Under the pieces are notes generated by a model that saw only the letters and a program-made list of their open reading frames with translations, did no database searches and was not told the DNA's origin. A program made the translations under genes and the position numbers. From Hemiscyllium ocellatum (Eukaryota): 64,000 bases of DNA. Of the stretch, positions 49,338 through 61,441 are shown one piece after another. How positions within the stretch are numbered: the stretch's first letter is position 1; every line of letters starts with the position of its first letter. Location of the stretch: NCBI RefSeq assembly GCF_020745735.1, contig NC_083412.1:59176320-59240319 (forward strand). The letters run 5' to 3'.

Positions 49338-49789
49338 TTATCGATTGGAGGTCATCAACCATCCACATAAAGAAAGGGCACAAGGAAACTAGCGGAGTAA
49401 AGAATTGGCATCATCAGGGTAACAAGCTTCCTCACTTTGCAAGGAGTAATTATCTGCCTTTATATTATTTTACAGACAACACGTGTGTATTCAGAAATCT
49501 ACTTGAATTGCAAGCTCAATATACAGCAGAACTTTGATTGTACTCATCATGTGTATCATGTCAGTCAGTGCTCTAATTTCCTGGCAGCTGCTATGGTACC
49601 TCTACTGTGCCCTTAAAACCATCAGCACAGGAGACTGGAGGGTAGTTATCGATCACAAGGGCCAGCTACCGATCACCTGGTTTGTGACTCTACTGCATTC
49701 CACATTTCATCATTCACACAATCAATTACTGAAGTGGCTCTTCAACAGCTTGGACTTCCATTGAGTAATCCCACACGTTGGAGCATGAA

Positions 49790-50590
49790 CTGACCAGTAA
49801 ACCTGATGGACTTCTAAGGTCTTAAAAGGAATGGCTAATTTGATAGTCAAAGGGTTTTTATCTTTCAAAACTCCCAGATTTGGGAAATGTTCCATTTGAA
49901 TGGAAAATAACTAATGTAACTCCTTTCTTCAAAAAGAGGGGAAGGCATGGAATGGAAATTTGGGAAATTTCATTTCAGCAGGAAGAATAAAGGAGAAGCA
50001 TATTAACTGAGTTGTGAGAGGATATAGAGGCACCTGGATGCCTGCATTACAAAACGTTATCATGACGAAAGCTATTAGAGTAATATCATTGATTTAGAGA
50101 GAATTCAATATAAAAGTAGAGAGATTATGCTTCAGTTATACAGGACATTGGTGAGACCACATCTCGAGTACAGTATTTATGTTTTTATTTAAGGAATGAT
50201 GTAAATTCATTGGAGTTACTTCATAGAAGATTTACTCGACTAATACCTGCAACAGGTGGTTGTCATCTGAGGAAACGTTGGACAGCCTAGGTTTACATCA
50301 CTGGAGTTTAGAAGAATTAGTGCTAACTTAGTTAAAACATATAAGAACTTGAGGAGTTCTGACAGGGTGGGTGTTGAGTGGGAGAATGTTTCAACATAAA
50401 GGGTCACCCATTTTAAGACAGAGATGAAGTGTTTTGATGACAGAGTTTGATGAGTCATTGGAATGCTCTTCCTCAGAAGGGAGTGGAAGTGAGTCCTTGA
50501 TAGTTCTTTAACAAGCAAAGGGTGAAAGGTCATCACAGAGAGGTAGGAATGTAGATTACATATTACAATCAGATCATCACTGATCTTACT
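49790..50590 (+). mobile_element. Old, deleted CR1 fragment
   Basis: ggtgagaccacatctcgagtacag and ggagtttagaagaatt motifs. Confidence 0.65.
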
Positions 50591-51039
50591 GAATGGATCT
50601 GGAAGTTTGTGGGACAGAGTGGCCCACCTTCACTTCCAGTTGTATATGATGATACTTCATAGTACCCTGTGTCTTGTACACTTTCATCAGTTTCATAAGG
50701 GCACTGATATTGCCACCTGATATACAGCAAGTGACTGAAGAGAAGAAAAAGGAGCCGCAAGAAGGCAAGCAACTCATCCCATTTCCAAATAAGTGATTCT
50801 GAATCTGCTCTATCCAACTGCAGTGCCAGAATACATTTCCAATTTCCCACTCAGCAGTAGTCCCATTTCAACAGCCCAATGGTGCTGAATATTACGGCCC
50901 CACAAAGCTGAAATAAAACCAACACAAAACACTCCAATCTAACTTGATCAATTAAAGAATGCAACATTGCTTACAAAAATGAACTAATCTCCCTGGGTGT
51001 TTCTCCAGTACCTATCTTAATAGTGCCTTTGCTTGTCAA

Positions 51040-51230
51040 TCATATTCCTCTGCAGAAGAGATGGGGTGGTAAGTCTGACCTATGTGTGACTCCAGACCCA
51101 CAACAATGTCTTTAAGGATTAACTGCCCTCTGAAATGGCCCAGCAAGCCATTCTGTTCAAGGACAGTTCAAGATGAGCAAAATATGCTGGTCTTGTCACC
51201 AATGCCCACATCCGAGAAAGAATAAAAAAA
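51040..51230 (+). mobile_element. 3' tail of SINE family B or its partner LINE
   Basis: gtgactccagacccacaacaatg...aactgccctctg matches 21080-21130 and 25090-25140. Confidence 0.65.
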
Positions 51231-52909
51231 AGTGCCACTCCTTTGGCTACAACACAGCTAGAGGAAGGCTGATAGCTTACAATGGTGGAAACTGAAGCTG
51301 ACCTTGCAATCTGTGGCGGTCCTGTTGTGGGACAACACCACCTCAGTATGGGCTAATGAGCTGACAGAGTACTGGTGGAGTAGCAGTAATGGAAGGATGA
51401 ATATTACCATTCCGAGAGATAACAGTAGTTTGTATTTTGCAGACCCACTGCTGTTTCCTTGTGTTGGTGCCTCAACAATCCTAGTAACGTGTTAGAGGAT
51501 GGATTATTGTATTGCTGAGCAACCCTGAGTAAACCAATCTGAACACTGGTAACTGCAGCTCTCTGCGTTTTCACTGCAAAACTCAGTTGTTGAGTGACTT
51601 TCTGCTGCTATCTTTGAAACTGACCATGCTGCTACTATGTTGTATCAGGTTTGGGGCTACAGTGCATAAATTGATTGATGCTTCACTTTCTTGCTGGGAA
51701 GAATAGGCTTGAAAATGTACTCACTGATGTCAACCACTCGCATGAGGTTATTGAACATTGTACAGCACTGCACCCTGATCTTCATGGCAATGTTGCAAGT
51801 ATTGACCATGACAGTGCCTTTGCAGTGTCTGAATGGAAGCCCTCCTTGTCCAATATCCATCTCCTGAACTAATGCTGCCAGAGTTGCAACAGAGTTGTGT
51901 CATATTTCAGGGATTATCATCATCGGATTCTCTCTTCTTCTAGCAACTGCGACAGCTAGATGGCACTTATATTTTAAGAGATGCAGACAGACTTTAAGAA
52001 ATGCAGACAAGCTTTCATCAGTGCTAGTCTCTTATGAATTTTCACATCCCACTGAGACATGCAGCCACTGAAAAATGCACATGACACTGGCTGTGTTACA
52101 ATAATGGTAGTGAGCTGGCAGCATGGAGTTTGCACTCCTTATATTCATTTCAGGCCTTTTGAATTTCATAGACTTTGAACATGAAAGACATTCTTCCTCC
52201 TTCAAATGTGCATTCAGCTTTTTTGTGCGCTAGTCATCCTAAATCAGTCCCTAATCACTTACTATGTATTTCCGATCCATTGACAAGGATAGCACAAATT
52301 ACCTTGAATGATTGCTCAGTTATAATGCCAAAAGGGATAAAATAACATTTCAACCTTTATTCTAAGATGGCTCCAGCAGAGTTCTGTTGAGCAGGATTTG
52401 ACTGACAACCTCTAATAAAGTGTTTTACCTGGCACAGACTGTATTACTTTGCTTGGACTAAAAAAATCCTTTTATTTAGTTTTCCCTCGATAACATAATT
52501 GGTGTATTTAATCTGTTGCTATGTTACTTACCAACAGGGAGCTGTAATTAGAAATACAGATTGACCTATTAATAGTCCCATTCTCAAGATCATTAACCCT
52601 TTCCATTTCTAGTTCTGACTATTCTAGAGCTCCTGGCATATCATTAGGTTCTGATTGTTTCAAAGTCATTGTTGAAAGACACTTTTGTTTCTCAAACAAA
52701 TGTTTTTTTTTAATTCACAAGATGATGTTAAGGTTGCATAGATAGAGAAAAGAAAAAAATGATGCAGTAGGAATAGAGGACAAAAATGTAACAAATAAAC
52801 AATATAAATTAGTTGTAATAAAATTAAAACAAGATCTTTTGATTTTAAAAATTTATGCAGTCATGTAATTCTGTTCCTATCTATGTCTAACTGTAATTTC
52901 TCTTGGCAA

Positions 52910-53555
52910 ATATGCACACTCGTACACCCCCCGCATTCATACCGACACACGCACCTACTCACACATACCCCATCATACTCACACACACTTAGCCAAGCAC
53001 ACACACACTATCATGTGCACACACACCCACTATCATGTGCACACACACCCACACGCACACTCATACGTACACTCAATCTATCATTCCTACATGCACATAC
53101 ATATAAGCTTATGGGGTGAATTTGTTATTGCAGAATTACATTTCATTTTGCTCAAACACTGCATGAATCCATATAAAATGTTGTTAAACTACACAGAGGG
53201 TTTGTCAGTCTGACATAGCATTGGGACAGACTTCACACCTATTGTTTAAAAAGCTGAGCTATCTTGAGAATGTAATTGAAAAGAAGCTCTGAGATTTACA
53301 TATCAAAGAACAGAAACCAGCATATTCCATTATAAAAGATGAAAGTTCTAATCTAAGATTGTTTACTATATCACACCCCCATGGCACTGGACTCCTTTGC
53401 CTATAAATTCTGTGAACATGATCTTAACCTCCACAACCATCCGATGAAGGAGCGGCACTCCAAAAGCAGTGCTTCCAAATAAACCTGTTGGACTATAACA
53501 TGGTGTTGTGTGATTTTTAACTTTGTCCACCCCAATCCAACAGCGGCAGCTCCAA
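52910..53555 (+). mobile_element. Penelope-like terminal region (family 3) with a CA-rich tract and a degenerate hammerhead at 53438-53471
   Basis: CAT-CCGATGA-A-GGAG CGGCA CTCC-AAAA-GCA-GTG followed by aataaacctgttggactataac. The CA-rich low-complexity tract is at 52915-53100. Confidence 0.6.
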
Positions 53556-53689
53556 GTTATGTTTATTTGTGTGGCTTTATGAGCTGAACTTTACAGTGCA
53601 TGTAATCTGCACATCATTTGCTAAGATGATTCTAGTGGGAGATTCCGTAAATCCCGTAACAATCCCATAAACCGTAAGATGTACATGTA

Positions 53690-55520
53690 AAAGTTAGTCA
53701 TTCACCCATTGAATAAAATATCCTTATTTTTACCTTCTAAACATGACGCTGTAGCTTTCTGCAGTTTTTCTCCATTTAAATAATGTTCAACTCCTCCATT
53801 TTTCATACTAATATGCATAACCTCATATTTTCTCACATTATATCCCAACTACCAATTTACTGCACACTTAACCTGTCTGTCTAAGTCCCTCTTTTTTGTG
53901 TCATCCTCACTACTTGTCTTCCCATTTATTTTTGCATCATCCACACATTTGGTGATAATACATTCACTTCCCTCACCCAGGTAAATAATTGTGAACTCAG
54001 CACTTGTTCCTGTGGAACTCCATTATTACAGTTGCCATCCTAAAAGTGTCCCATATCTTATTCCCTACTTTGTGTGAGTTAACAAATCCTCTGTTCATGC
54101 TAATATACTATCCCCAACACCATTAAGTTGTCTTATATGTGTTACCTTATCAAACATCTTTTGGAAATCCAAGTAGATTACATGCACTGGTTCCCCTTTA
54201 TCTATCCTGCCAGTTACCTTTTCAAAATGGCCCAATAAATTTGCCACATATAATCTCCCCTTCATGTATCCGACTGTCTGTGCTTGATTATGTATTTTTT
54301 AAAATGCTGTGCTATTACATCCTTTAAAATAGACTCCAACACTTTTCCAAAGATGGATATCAAGCTAAGTGAACTATAGTCATTTTATTTGGCTTCTTCC
54401 ATTTTTAAAAAAAGACATTACATTGGCAGTTTTGCAATCTGCTGAGACTTTTCTTGAATTTAAGGATTCATGAAAGATTACTACCAATGCATCTACTATC
54501 GCCATAGCTACTTCCCAGATGCAATCCATCAGGTCCATTGCCTTTAGCACTATTAGTTTCCCTAGTACTTTTTTTTCCAATAATAATTATTGTACGTACT
54601 TCCTCTCCACTCTTGCCCTTGATTAATCATTTTATAATGCCAAAAGTGTCCTCTACCATGAAGACTGATGCCAAGTATTTATTCACCTCCTTATGGTTCC
54701 ATTTCATGGTTCCCCAATTACTATTTCCTCAACCTCATTCTCTGAAGGGCTTATGTTCACTTTAGTCTCTCTGTTCCTTTTTATATATTTAATAATACAT
54801 GTTTAAATATATATACATATATATTTATAATATAATGTATTAATGATATTATGTTTTGAAAATACTTACTAGCCTGCTCTCAAAGTTTATGATCTCCCTC
54901 TTTATAATATTTTTAGTCATATTTTGGTTTCTAAAACTTGTCCAATCCTCTGACTTAGCACTAATCTTTGCCATATTGTTTATTTTCCTTTCAATTTGAT
55001 GCTATTCTTAACTTTGTTGGTTAACCATGTTTGATTTGTCCCCTTCCAAGAAACCTTATTTCTCTCTGGGACATATCTTTTTTGTGAGTCATGAACTAAT
55101 ATACCATTGCTGTACAGCCATTTTCTTCTGCTAAATTGAGAGAAGGCTGGAACAGGTTGGATGATCAGCCATGATGATATTGTATGGCAGATCAGACTTG
55201 AAGGGCTGAATGGTTTACTTGCTGCTGTTTTCTATGTTTCATTGGAACTAATTTCCCAGTCTACTTTATCCAACTGTGTATTCCTTTCTTTGCAATTACC
55301 TTATTTAAATTTAGCACATTTGTTTCTGTCCAAGTTTGTCATTCTCAAACTGAAAGCATCATTTTACCATGCTGTGGTTATTGTTTCCTAAGGGATATTT
55401 TACTCTGAGATCATGTATTGTACCTGCCTTATTACACATTCAAAATGGTCTGATCCCTAGTTCAATGAACAACATATTGTTCTAGAAAACTGTCCAAAAT
55501 ACATTGTATTAATTCTTCCT
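53690..55520 (-). mobile_element. Old decayed CR1 ORF2 fragments
   Basis: ORF 54380-54580 reads IVDALVVIFHESL...TANVMSFFK. Confidence 0.6.
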
Positions 55521-56239
55521 CGTGACTACCTCTGCCAATTTGTTTTTTTTTTCTGATCTACATGAAGATTAAAGTCACCATGATTAATGTTCTACCTTTT
55601 TCAAGCCCTCTTTAACTCCTGATTTATTATTTGTCATACAGCATAGCTACACATAGGATCATGGAGCCTATTCACACCAGTGTCTTTTTTCCCCTTGTAA
55701 TTTCCTACCTCCATCCGTATGGATTCTAAACTTTCTAATCAAACATCATTTCTTGCTATCATACTTACTCCATCTCATACAAGCAAGGCGACCACACCAT
55801 CCTTTCCTTCCTGTTTGTTCTTTTGAAGTCATGTATCAGGTAAACATAACGACACTAATGTCTTATTAGACAATCAGGTTGCTTTCGCTTGAGGGTGAGA
55901 TGACTGGTGGTGGTTTAACCTGAGGGTACTAGTCCTCAGACAAGGCGAGAGGATGAGAAGGTGAATTGAGCCCGTACTGTTGGCAACACCTTGCTTTTAA
56001 ACCTGCTGTCCAGCCAACTGAGCTAACCAACTACCTTAATCCGTAAACTAATGAATATTTAGTCCCCAGATTTGACCTTCTTGTTTCCATGTCTCCATAA
56101 TGGCTGTTAACCCTATTAACCTCAACTTGTGCTACTGTTTGCATTTATTTTATTTAGAATACTATGCACATTTAAATAAAGAGCCAACAACAGTACCTTT
56201 GCCATTTTCTTTCCCCATTTTCCTTATTTGGTCCTAATT

Positions 56240-57393
56240 TTCTATGTTTGTATATGCTACAACTTCCAAATAACTGCCTTGTAACGGCATATCCTTTTGC
56301 TTTGTAAACCTACATATCCCTTCTCCCAAAATTGAATGATGACACTTAGATCCCTCCCCTCTGATTCCAAGTTCCTCTCCGACCCTGAGGAGATGTCCTT
56401 AACCTGGCACCAGGCTGATAAAGACAGCCTTTGGAATTTGTGCTCACACTACAGTGAACAGTGTTTATCTCCCTAATTAAACAGTCCACTAAAACCACTG
56501 CATTCCTATTTCCTCCCCATAGCATAGTGTCATGGTCAGTGTGTTCAGCCTCCCTGCAGTCTCCATTCACATCCACAAAGTTTACAAAAACTTGTTGGAT
56601 AATCACAGGGGCTGAAGCTCCTTGAACACTATTCCCTAGGTCCGCATACGTAGAATATAGAACATAGAACATTACAGTGCAGTACAGACCCTTCTGTCAT
56701 ACCAATCTGAAGCCCATCTAACCTACACTATTCCATGTACGTCCATATGCTTGTCCAATGACTTAAATGCACTTAAAGTTGGCGAATCTACTACCGTTGC
56801 AGGCAAAGCATTCCATACCCTTACTACTCTCTGAGTAAAGAAACTACCTCTGACATCTGTCCTATATCTATCATTCCTCAATTTAAAGCTATGCCTCCTC
56901 ATGCTCACCCTGTCCACCCTATCTAACCCTTTGATTATCTTATATGGCTCTATTAAGTCACTTCTCAACCTTCTCTCCAACGAAAACAGCCTCAAGTCCC
57001 TCAGCCTTTCCTCGTAAGACCTTCCCTCCATATCCGACAACATCCTAGTAAATCTCCTCTGCACCCTTTCCAAAGCTTCCACATCCTTCTTATAATGCAG
57101 TGACCAGAACTGTACACAATACTCCAAGTGCGGCCGCACCAGAGTTTTGTACAGCTGCAGCATAACCTCATGGTTCCGGAACTCGATCCCTCTATTAATT
57201 AAAGCTAAAACACTGTATGCCTTTTTAACAACCCTATCAATCTGGGTGGCAACTTTCAAGGATCTGTGTGCCTGAACACTGAGATCTCTCTGCTCATCTA
57301 CACTACCAAGAATCTTACCATTAGCCCAGTACTTTGCATTCCGGTTACTCTGACCAAATTGAATCACCTCACACTTGTCCGCATTAAACTCCA
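56240..57393 (-). mobile_element. Young CR1 3' fragment (56651-57393) adjoining a decayed CR1 ORF1 esterase fragment (about 56240-56650)
   Basis: ORF 56723-57529 is the RT C-terminus with a tagaac tail. ORF 56346-56672 contains VLVDCLIRE...CLYQPGARL, a decayed GDS..R/C.PGA motif. Confidence 0.85.
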
Positions 57394-57997
57394 TTACAAA
57401 CCATTTTGCCCTTGATGACAGACCAAATTTGAATTTTAATGACCTAGTCTGAATGGTGTGACGACTTTTGGAACAATGTGTCCATGTACATTTCCCAGCC
57501 CTGATGTGATACAATTTGGACTCCAGCACCTCAACTTGGATCTGAAATTGCTCAGAATGGAAGCACTTAATCCAGATGCGTTAACTCTGGATCACCCTGG
57601 TGTCCAGAAACTCCCACTTATTGCAGCAGCAACACATCACCAGTCCTGCCACCACCAACATATTTAAGTTATGAAGTAATTACTCAAGAATGCCTGTTTT
57701 TTACACTTATTATTATTTTAATTATCTCTTAAAAGCATAAGAATCTATCTCATACTTGAGCTATTTTTCAGAAAAGAGAAAAAGGCTAGAGACCTAAATA
57801 CAAACTGAAAGTCTTACCTTTACTTGAAAGACTGGAAACATTCACCTATCCTGCTCACCAAAGTAGCTGCTTTCTCTGCACTCTCATTGCATTGTTCCAG
57901 ATGTCATTCACCCATTGGTCTCATTGCAAATAGGCTTTTTAATCCATAGCTTTTATCCGCTTTTGCTCACCTTTCAGTCTAGAGACGACATTTTTTT

Positions 57998-58627
57998 AGA
58001 TTAGATTACTTAGTGTGGAAACAGGCCCTTCGGCCCATCAAGTCCACACCGACCCGCCGAAGCAGAACCCACTCAGACCCATTCCCCTACATTTCACCCC
58101 TCCACCTAACACTACAGGCAATTTAGGTGGCCAGTTCGCCTAACCTGCACATTTTTGCACTGTAGGAGGAAACCGGAGCACCTGGAGGAAACCCACCCAG
58201 TCAGCCGCCTGAGGCAGGAATTGAACCCAGGTCTCTGGCGCTGTGAGGCAGCAGTGCTAATCACTGTGCCACCATGCTGCCCATTTTTTCTTCTATAATG
58301 TTGATTAGATTAGATTAGATTACCTACAGTGTGGAAACAGGCCCTTCGGCCCAACAAGTCCACACCAACCCGCCGAAGCACAACCCACCCAGACCCATTC
58401 CCCTACATTTACCTCTTCATCTGACACTACGGCGTTCAGTTTAGCATAGCCAATTCACCTAACCTGCACATTTTTGAATTGTGGGAGGAAATCAGAGCAC
58501 CCAGAGGAAACCACGCAGACACGGGGAGAGTGTGCAAACTTCACAAAGAGAATTGCCTGAGACGGGAATTGAACCCAGGTCTCTGGCGCTGTGAGGCAGC
58601 AGTGCTAACCACTGTGCCACCATGCCA
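57998..58627 (-). mobile_element. Two tandem HE1/V-type SINEs (57998-58282 and 58303-58627)
   Basis: Each has a (gatta)n tail, V-domain, and reverse-complement B and A boxes. Confidence 0.9.
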
Positions 58628-59124
58628 CTATTTGTCCCTTAACACCACAATCCCACTTCAAACAAAATTCCCAGTTCATACTCTTTTGGCCTTTGTCTCA
58701 CTCTTCTTACACTAACTTTGTTTCCTTATTTGTCTATTGGCAATTTATAACAGAGAACACAGTTAATCGCTTTCAGGTGCAACTCCACCCTCACCTCAGG
58801 AACACATCCTGCCTTAGAGAGTGGACACCTAATTGAAGCTGCCAACTCTCTAGGCCCAGCCAGAGATCCCTGGTAAGGGATCTGATGAGGACTGTCAACC
58901 TATCTCTAAAAGGGGTGATGAGGGGTTGTGAGGCAGTCAGGTTCAAGAGGCCCATGGTGTGGATTACAGCACCAACTACTCTTCCACCACTCCCCCCCCC
59001 ACCCCCGCCAACCGCCGGTCCAAACCACTACAATTACTTCCTGAGGTCACACAGCCAAGAATGCTGGGCTTCCTTCATGGCATGAGCTTTCCACCACCAC
59101 GGTTAAAATGCCAGTAGCAGCAGA

Positions 59125-59388
59125 TTAGGTCTTTTGGAGAATCCCTACAGTGCAGGCAGAGGCCATTCAGTCCATCAGGTTTTTACCAACCTCTGAAGTG
59201 CATCCCATCCTATTCCTGAAATCCCACCAAACCTGCACATCTTTTGACTGTGGGAGGAAGCTGGAGCACCCAGAGGAAACTCACGGACAGAATGTGCAAA
59301 TTCCATGGAGACAGTCACCCAAGGCTGGAATTGAACCCTGGTCCCTGGTGCTGTGAGGCAGTAATGCTAACCAATGAGTCACCATTTT
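59125..59388 (-). mobile_element. Older HE1/V-type SINE
   Basis: gaatccctacagtg...tgtgggaggaagctggagcacccagagg...ggaattgaaccc. Confidence 0.75.
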
Positions 59389-59582
59389 AATTGGCCATTC
59401 GTTAGATACTTAAATGCTTTAATAGACCAAAGGACAGTCAGGCTGTCTGCCAATTTCTGAACTGGGCAGCAGAGAAGGCCACTCTCTGCATCTTACCTGC
59501 TATCCCCCATGCCATCTTCAAACTCACAGGTCAGGGAACATGAAATCCAGATCCTGTGTTGTACATACATCTCAAAGACCTT

Positions 59583-59816
59583 CCCCCCCCCCCCCCCCCC
59601 CCCCCCCCAGTAGCAACAGAGACACGAGGAGCAGATTGAGAGGCAGATTTTGGTAATGTGCAGAAGTAATGGGGTTGTTGTCGTAGGTGATGATTCCTGA
59701 TGAAGGGCTTATGCCCGTAACATCACTTCTCCTGCTCATCGAATGCTGCCTGACCTGCTGTGCTTTTCCAGTGCCACACTCTTGACTCTGATCTCCAGCA
59801 TCAGCAGTCCTCATTT
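59583..59816 (+). mobile_element. Poly-C run (26 C, 59583-59608) followed by a family-1 Penelope terminal fragment with a degenerate hammerhead (59693-59728)
   Basis: ATTC-CTGATGA-A-GGGC TTAT GCCC-GTAA-CATC followed by gatgctgcctgacctgctgtgcttttccag-like sequence. Confidence 0.75.
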
Positions 59817-61441
59817 TCTTCTGATATGCTTGAATAGGTTGATGTTAAGAACAAGGATGTACTGGAAATTTTGAAAAATATGAGGATAGATAAGAACCCT
59901 GGGCCAGACGGGATATACCCAAGATTACTACGGAAAGCAAGGGAAGAGATTGCTTCGTCTTTAGCAATGATCTTTGTGTCCTCACTGTCCATTGGAGTTT
60001 TACTAGATGATTGGAGGGTGGCAAATGTTATTCCCTTATTTAAGAAAGGGAATAAGGATAATCCTGGGAATTACAGACCAATCAGTCTTATGTTGGGTAG
60101 TGGGCAAATTATTGGAGAGGATTCTGAGAGAAAGGATTTATGATTTTTTGGAAAAGTATAGCTTGATTAGAGGTAATTGACATGGCTTTGTGAGAGGCAG
60201 GTCAGGCCTCACAAACCTTATTGAATACTTTCAGGATATGACAAAACATGTTGATGAATGTCGAGCAGTGGATGTGGTGTTCATGGATTTTAGAAAGGCA
60301 TTTTATAAGGTTCCCCATGATAGGCTTATTCAGAAAGTAAGGAGGCATGGCATGCAGGGAAATATGACTGTTTGGATACAGAATTGGCTGGCCCACGGAA
60401 GACAGAGGGTAGTAAATGGAAAGTATTCAGCCTGGAGCTCGATGACTAGTGGTGTTCCATGTGAGTCTGTCTGGGATCTTTGCTCTTTGTGATTTTTCTA
60501 AATGACTTGGATGAGAAAGTGGAAGGGTGGTTAGTAAGTTTGCTGATGAACATGAAGGTTGGTGGAGTGATGGCTAGTGCGGAGGGCTGTTGTAGGTTGC
60601 AATGGGCCATTGACAGGATGTAGAACTGGGCTGATAAGTGGCAGATGGCGGTCAACCTGGAAAAGTGTGAAGTGATTCATTTTGGAAGGTTAAATTTGAG
60701 TGCAGATTACAGGGTTAAAGGTAGGATTCTTAGCAGTGTGGAGGAACAGAGGGATCTTGGGGTCCATGTCCATAGATCTCTCAAAATTGCCACCCAAGTT
60801 GATAGAGTTATTAAGAAGGCATACAGTGTATTGGCTTTCATTGGCAAGGAGATTGAGTTTAAAAGCTGTGAGGTCATGCTGCAGCTCTATAAAGTCCTGT
60901 TTTGACCACACTTGGAAGATTGTGTTCAGTTCTGGTTGCCTCATTTTAGCACGCTTGGTGAAGTTTTAGAGAGGGTGCAGAAGAGATTTACCAGGATGCT
61001 GCCTGGATTGGAGGGCATGTCTTATGAAGAAAGGTTGAGGAAGCTAGGGCTTTTCTCAACGGAGTGAAGAATGACGAGAGGTGACTTGATAGAGGTGTAC
61101 AAGATGATGAGAGGCATAGATAGAGTGGATAGCCAGAGACATTTTCCCAGGGCGCAAATGGCTATCATGAGGGGACATAATTTTAAGATGTTTGGAGGAA
61201 GGTTTAGGGGAGATGTCAGAGGTAGGTTCTTTACACAGAGAGTGTGGGTGTATGGAATGCACTGCCAGCAGTGGTAGTAGAGTCAGATACGTTAGGGACA
61301 TTTAAGTGACTTTTGGATAGGCACATGGATGATAGTAAAATGAAGGATAAGTAGGTTAATTTGATGTTAGAGTAGTATAAAAGGCTGGCACAACATTGTG
61401 GGCCGAAGGGCCTGAACTATGCTGTATTGTTGTATGTTCTA
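59817..61441 (+). mobile_element. 5'-truncated CR1 LINE (about 1.6 kb)
   Basis: KNPGPDGIYPRLL, NYRPISL, VVFMDFRKAF and QNWL motifs; tail gtattgttgtatgttct. Confidence 0.92.

Noticed and set aside
58880-58915. CTGATGAGG as another hammerhead
   Set aside because: No stem II followed by GAAA and no stem I pairing.
59583-59608. 26-C homopolymer as a functional G-quadruplex element
   Set aside because: It lies in a C-rich tract of the Penelope terminus, and the length may be a sequencing or assembly artefact.
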